A stretch of DNA of 64,000 bases from Lingula anatina. Lineage: Eukaryota; Animalia; Brachiopoda. Both the position numbers and the translations under genes were made by a program. Within the stretch, counting starts at the first letter, position 1. Each line of letters starts with the position of its first letter. Below, piece by piece: positions 63,446 to 64,000 of the stretch. The stretch lies in the NCBI GenBank assembly GCA_051362555.1, contig CM120643.1, positions 62,001 through 126,000 on the forward strand. The letters run 5' to 3'. The notes beneath the pieces were generated by a model. That model had not been told where the DNA came from. It searched no databases and saw only the letters and a list, made by a program, of their open reading frames with translations.

Positions 63446-64000
63446 CCCATCCAATGGACACTGTCGAGATGTTCACCATTATTAGTAAGCAGCACCAGGT
63501 ACCTGACACAGAGGCCAAGGGAACACGTTGATCACGTGAGAAAGTAAACACATGCCGTAATTGTTTTAATTGAATAAACAAACAATACTGCTCATATTCC
63601 CATCACACAAATCGCAAAGACTGTTTTATTATTAGAAATGATTTTTCTCTCATTTGTCTACGATGAGATTCGTACGGCTGACCTTCTTTCTCTAAATGGC
63701 TCTGTTACTGTAATCTAGAAGCGTAAGTCTCACTGGGCGCGACCAGAAAGTGTTGTCCCCTACCATGGCCCATAGGAGCCTACGCGTGCGTCTTTTAGAC
63801 GCCCCTATACATGCGAAAACGACAAGGCCTATGCCGAGTTCGTCTTTTACTACAGAGCTTTGAGAGCCGAAAATGACATGGCTGTGTCTCTTTCACCACT
63901 TACTGAACTCCACAGCGAGATTGACACGACCCATGTCGCGTTCGTCTCTCAAATGACACTGTTATAAAACATGAAATAGGCATAACGTGTGATTTTCGCA

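Noticed and set aside
61391-63581. Several 100-144 aa ORFs
   Set aside because: No recognisable domains; several derive from microsatellite or C-rich repeats.

Overview
This is eukaryotic (animal) genomic DNA, AT-rich, with many introns and tandem repeats. It is probably from a mollusc or other lophotrochozoan, an inference from the pearl/CvA-type and HINE-type elements. Four spliced genes were reconstructed by hand: (1) the 3' half of a cyclic-nucleotide-gated channel beta-type (CNGB/TAX-2-like) gene on + (915-14121); (2) a complete CIBAR1/FAM92 BAR-domain gene on - (16093-34553) containing a U12-type minor intron; (3) a cyclophilin B-type PPIase on + (34920-39893), head-to-head with CIBAR1; (4) a divergent Rab GTPase on - (45772-54042). 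CIBAR1 intron 1 holds a young 5.3 kb LTR retroelement. Its only intact ORF is a Gag carrying an N-terminal ComEA-like helix-hairpin-helix; its pol is decayed and its 3' UTR has seven covarying Y-shaped RNA structure repeats. The most striking pattern is that many unrelated minisatellites are amplified copies of the host genes' own exon-intron junctions (2 to ~33 copies of a donor or acceptor site) in three of the four genes. Coordinates were read manually and may be off by a few bases; copy numbers are approximate.
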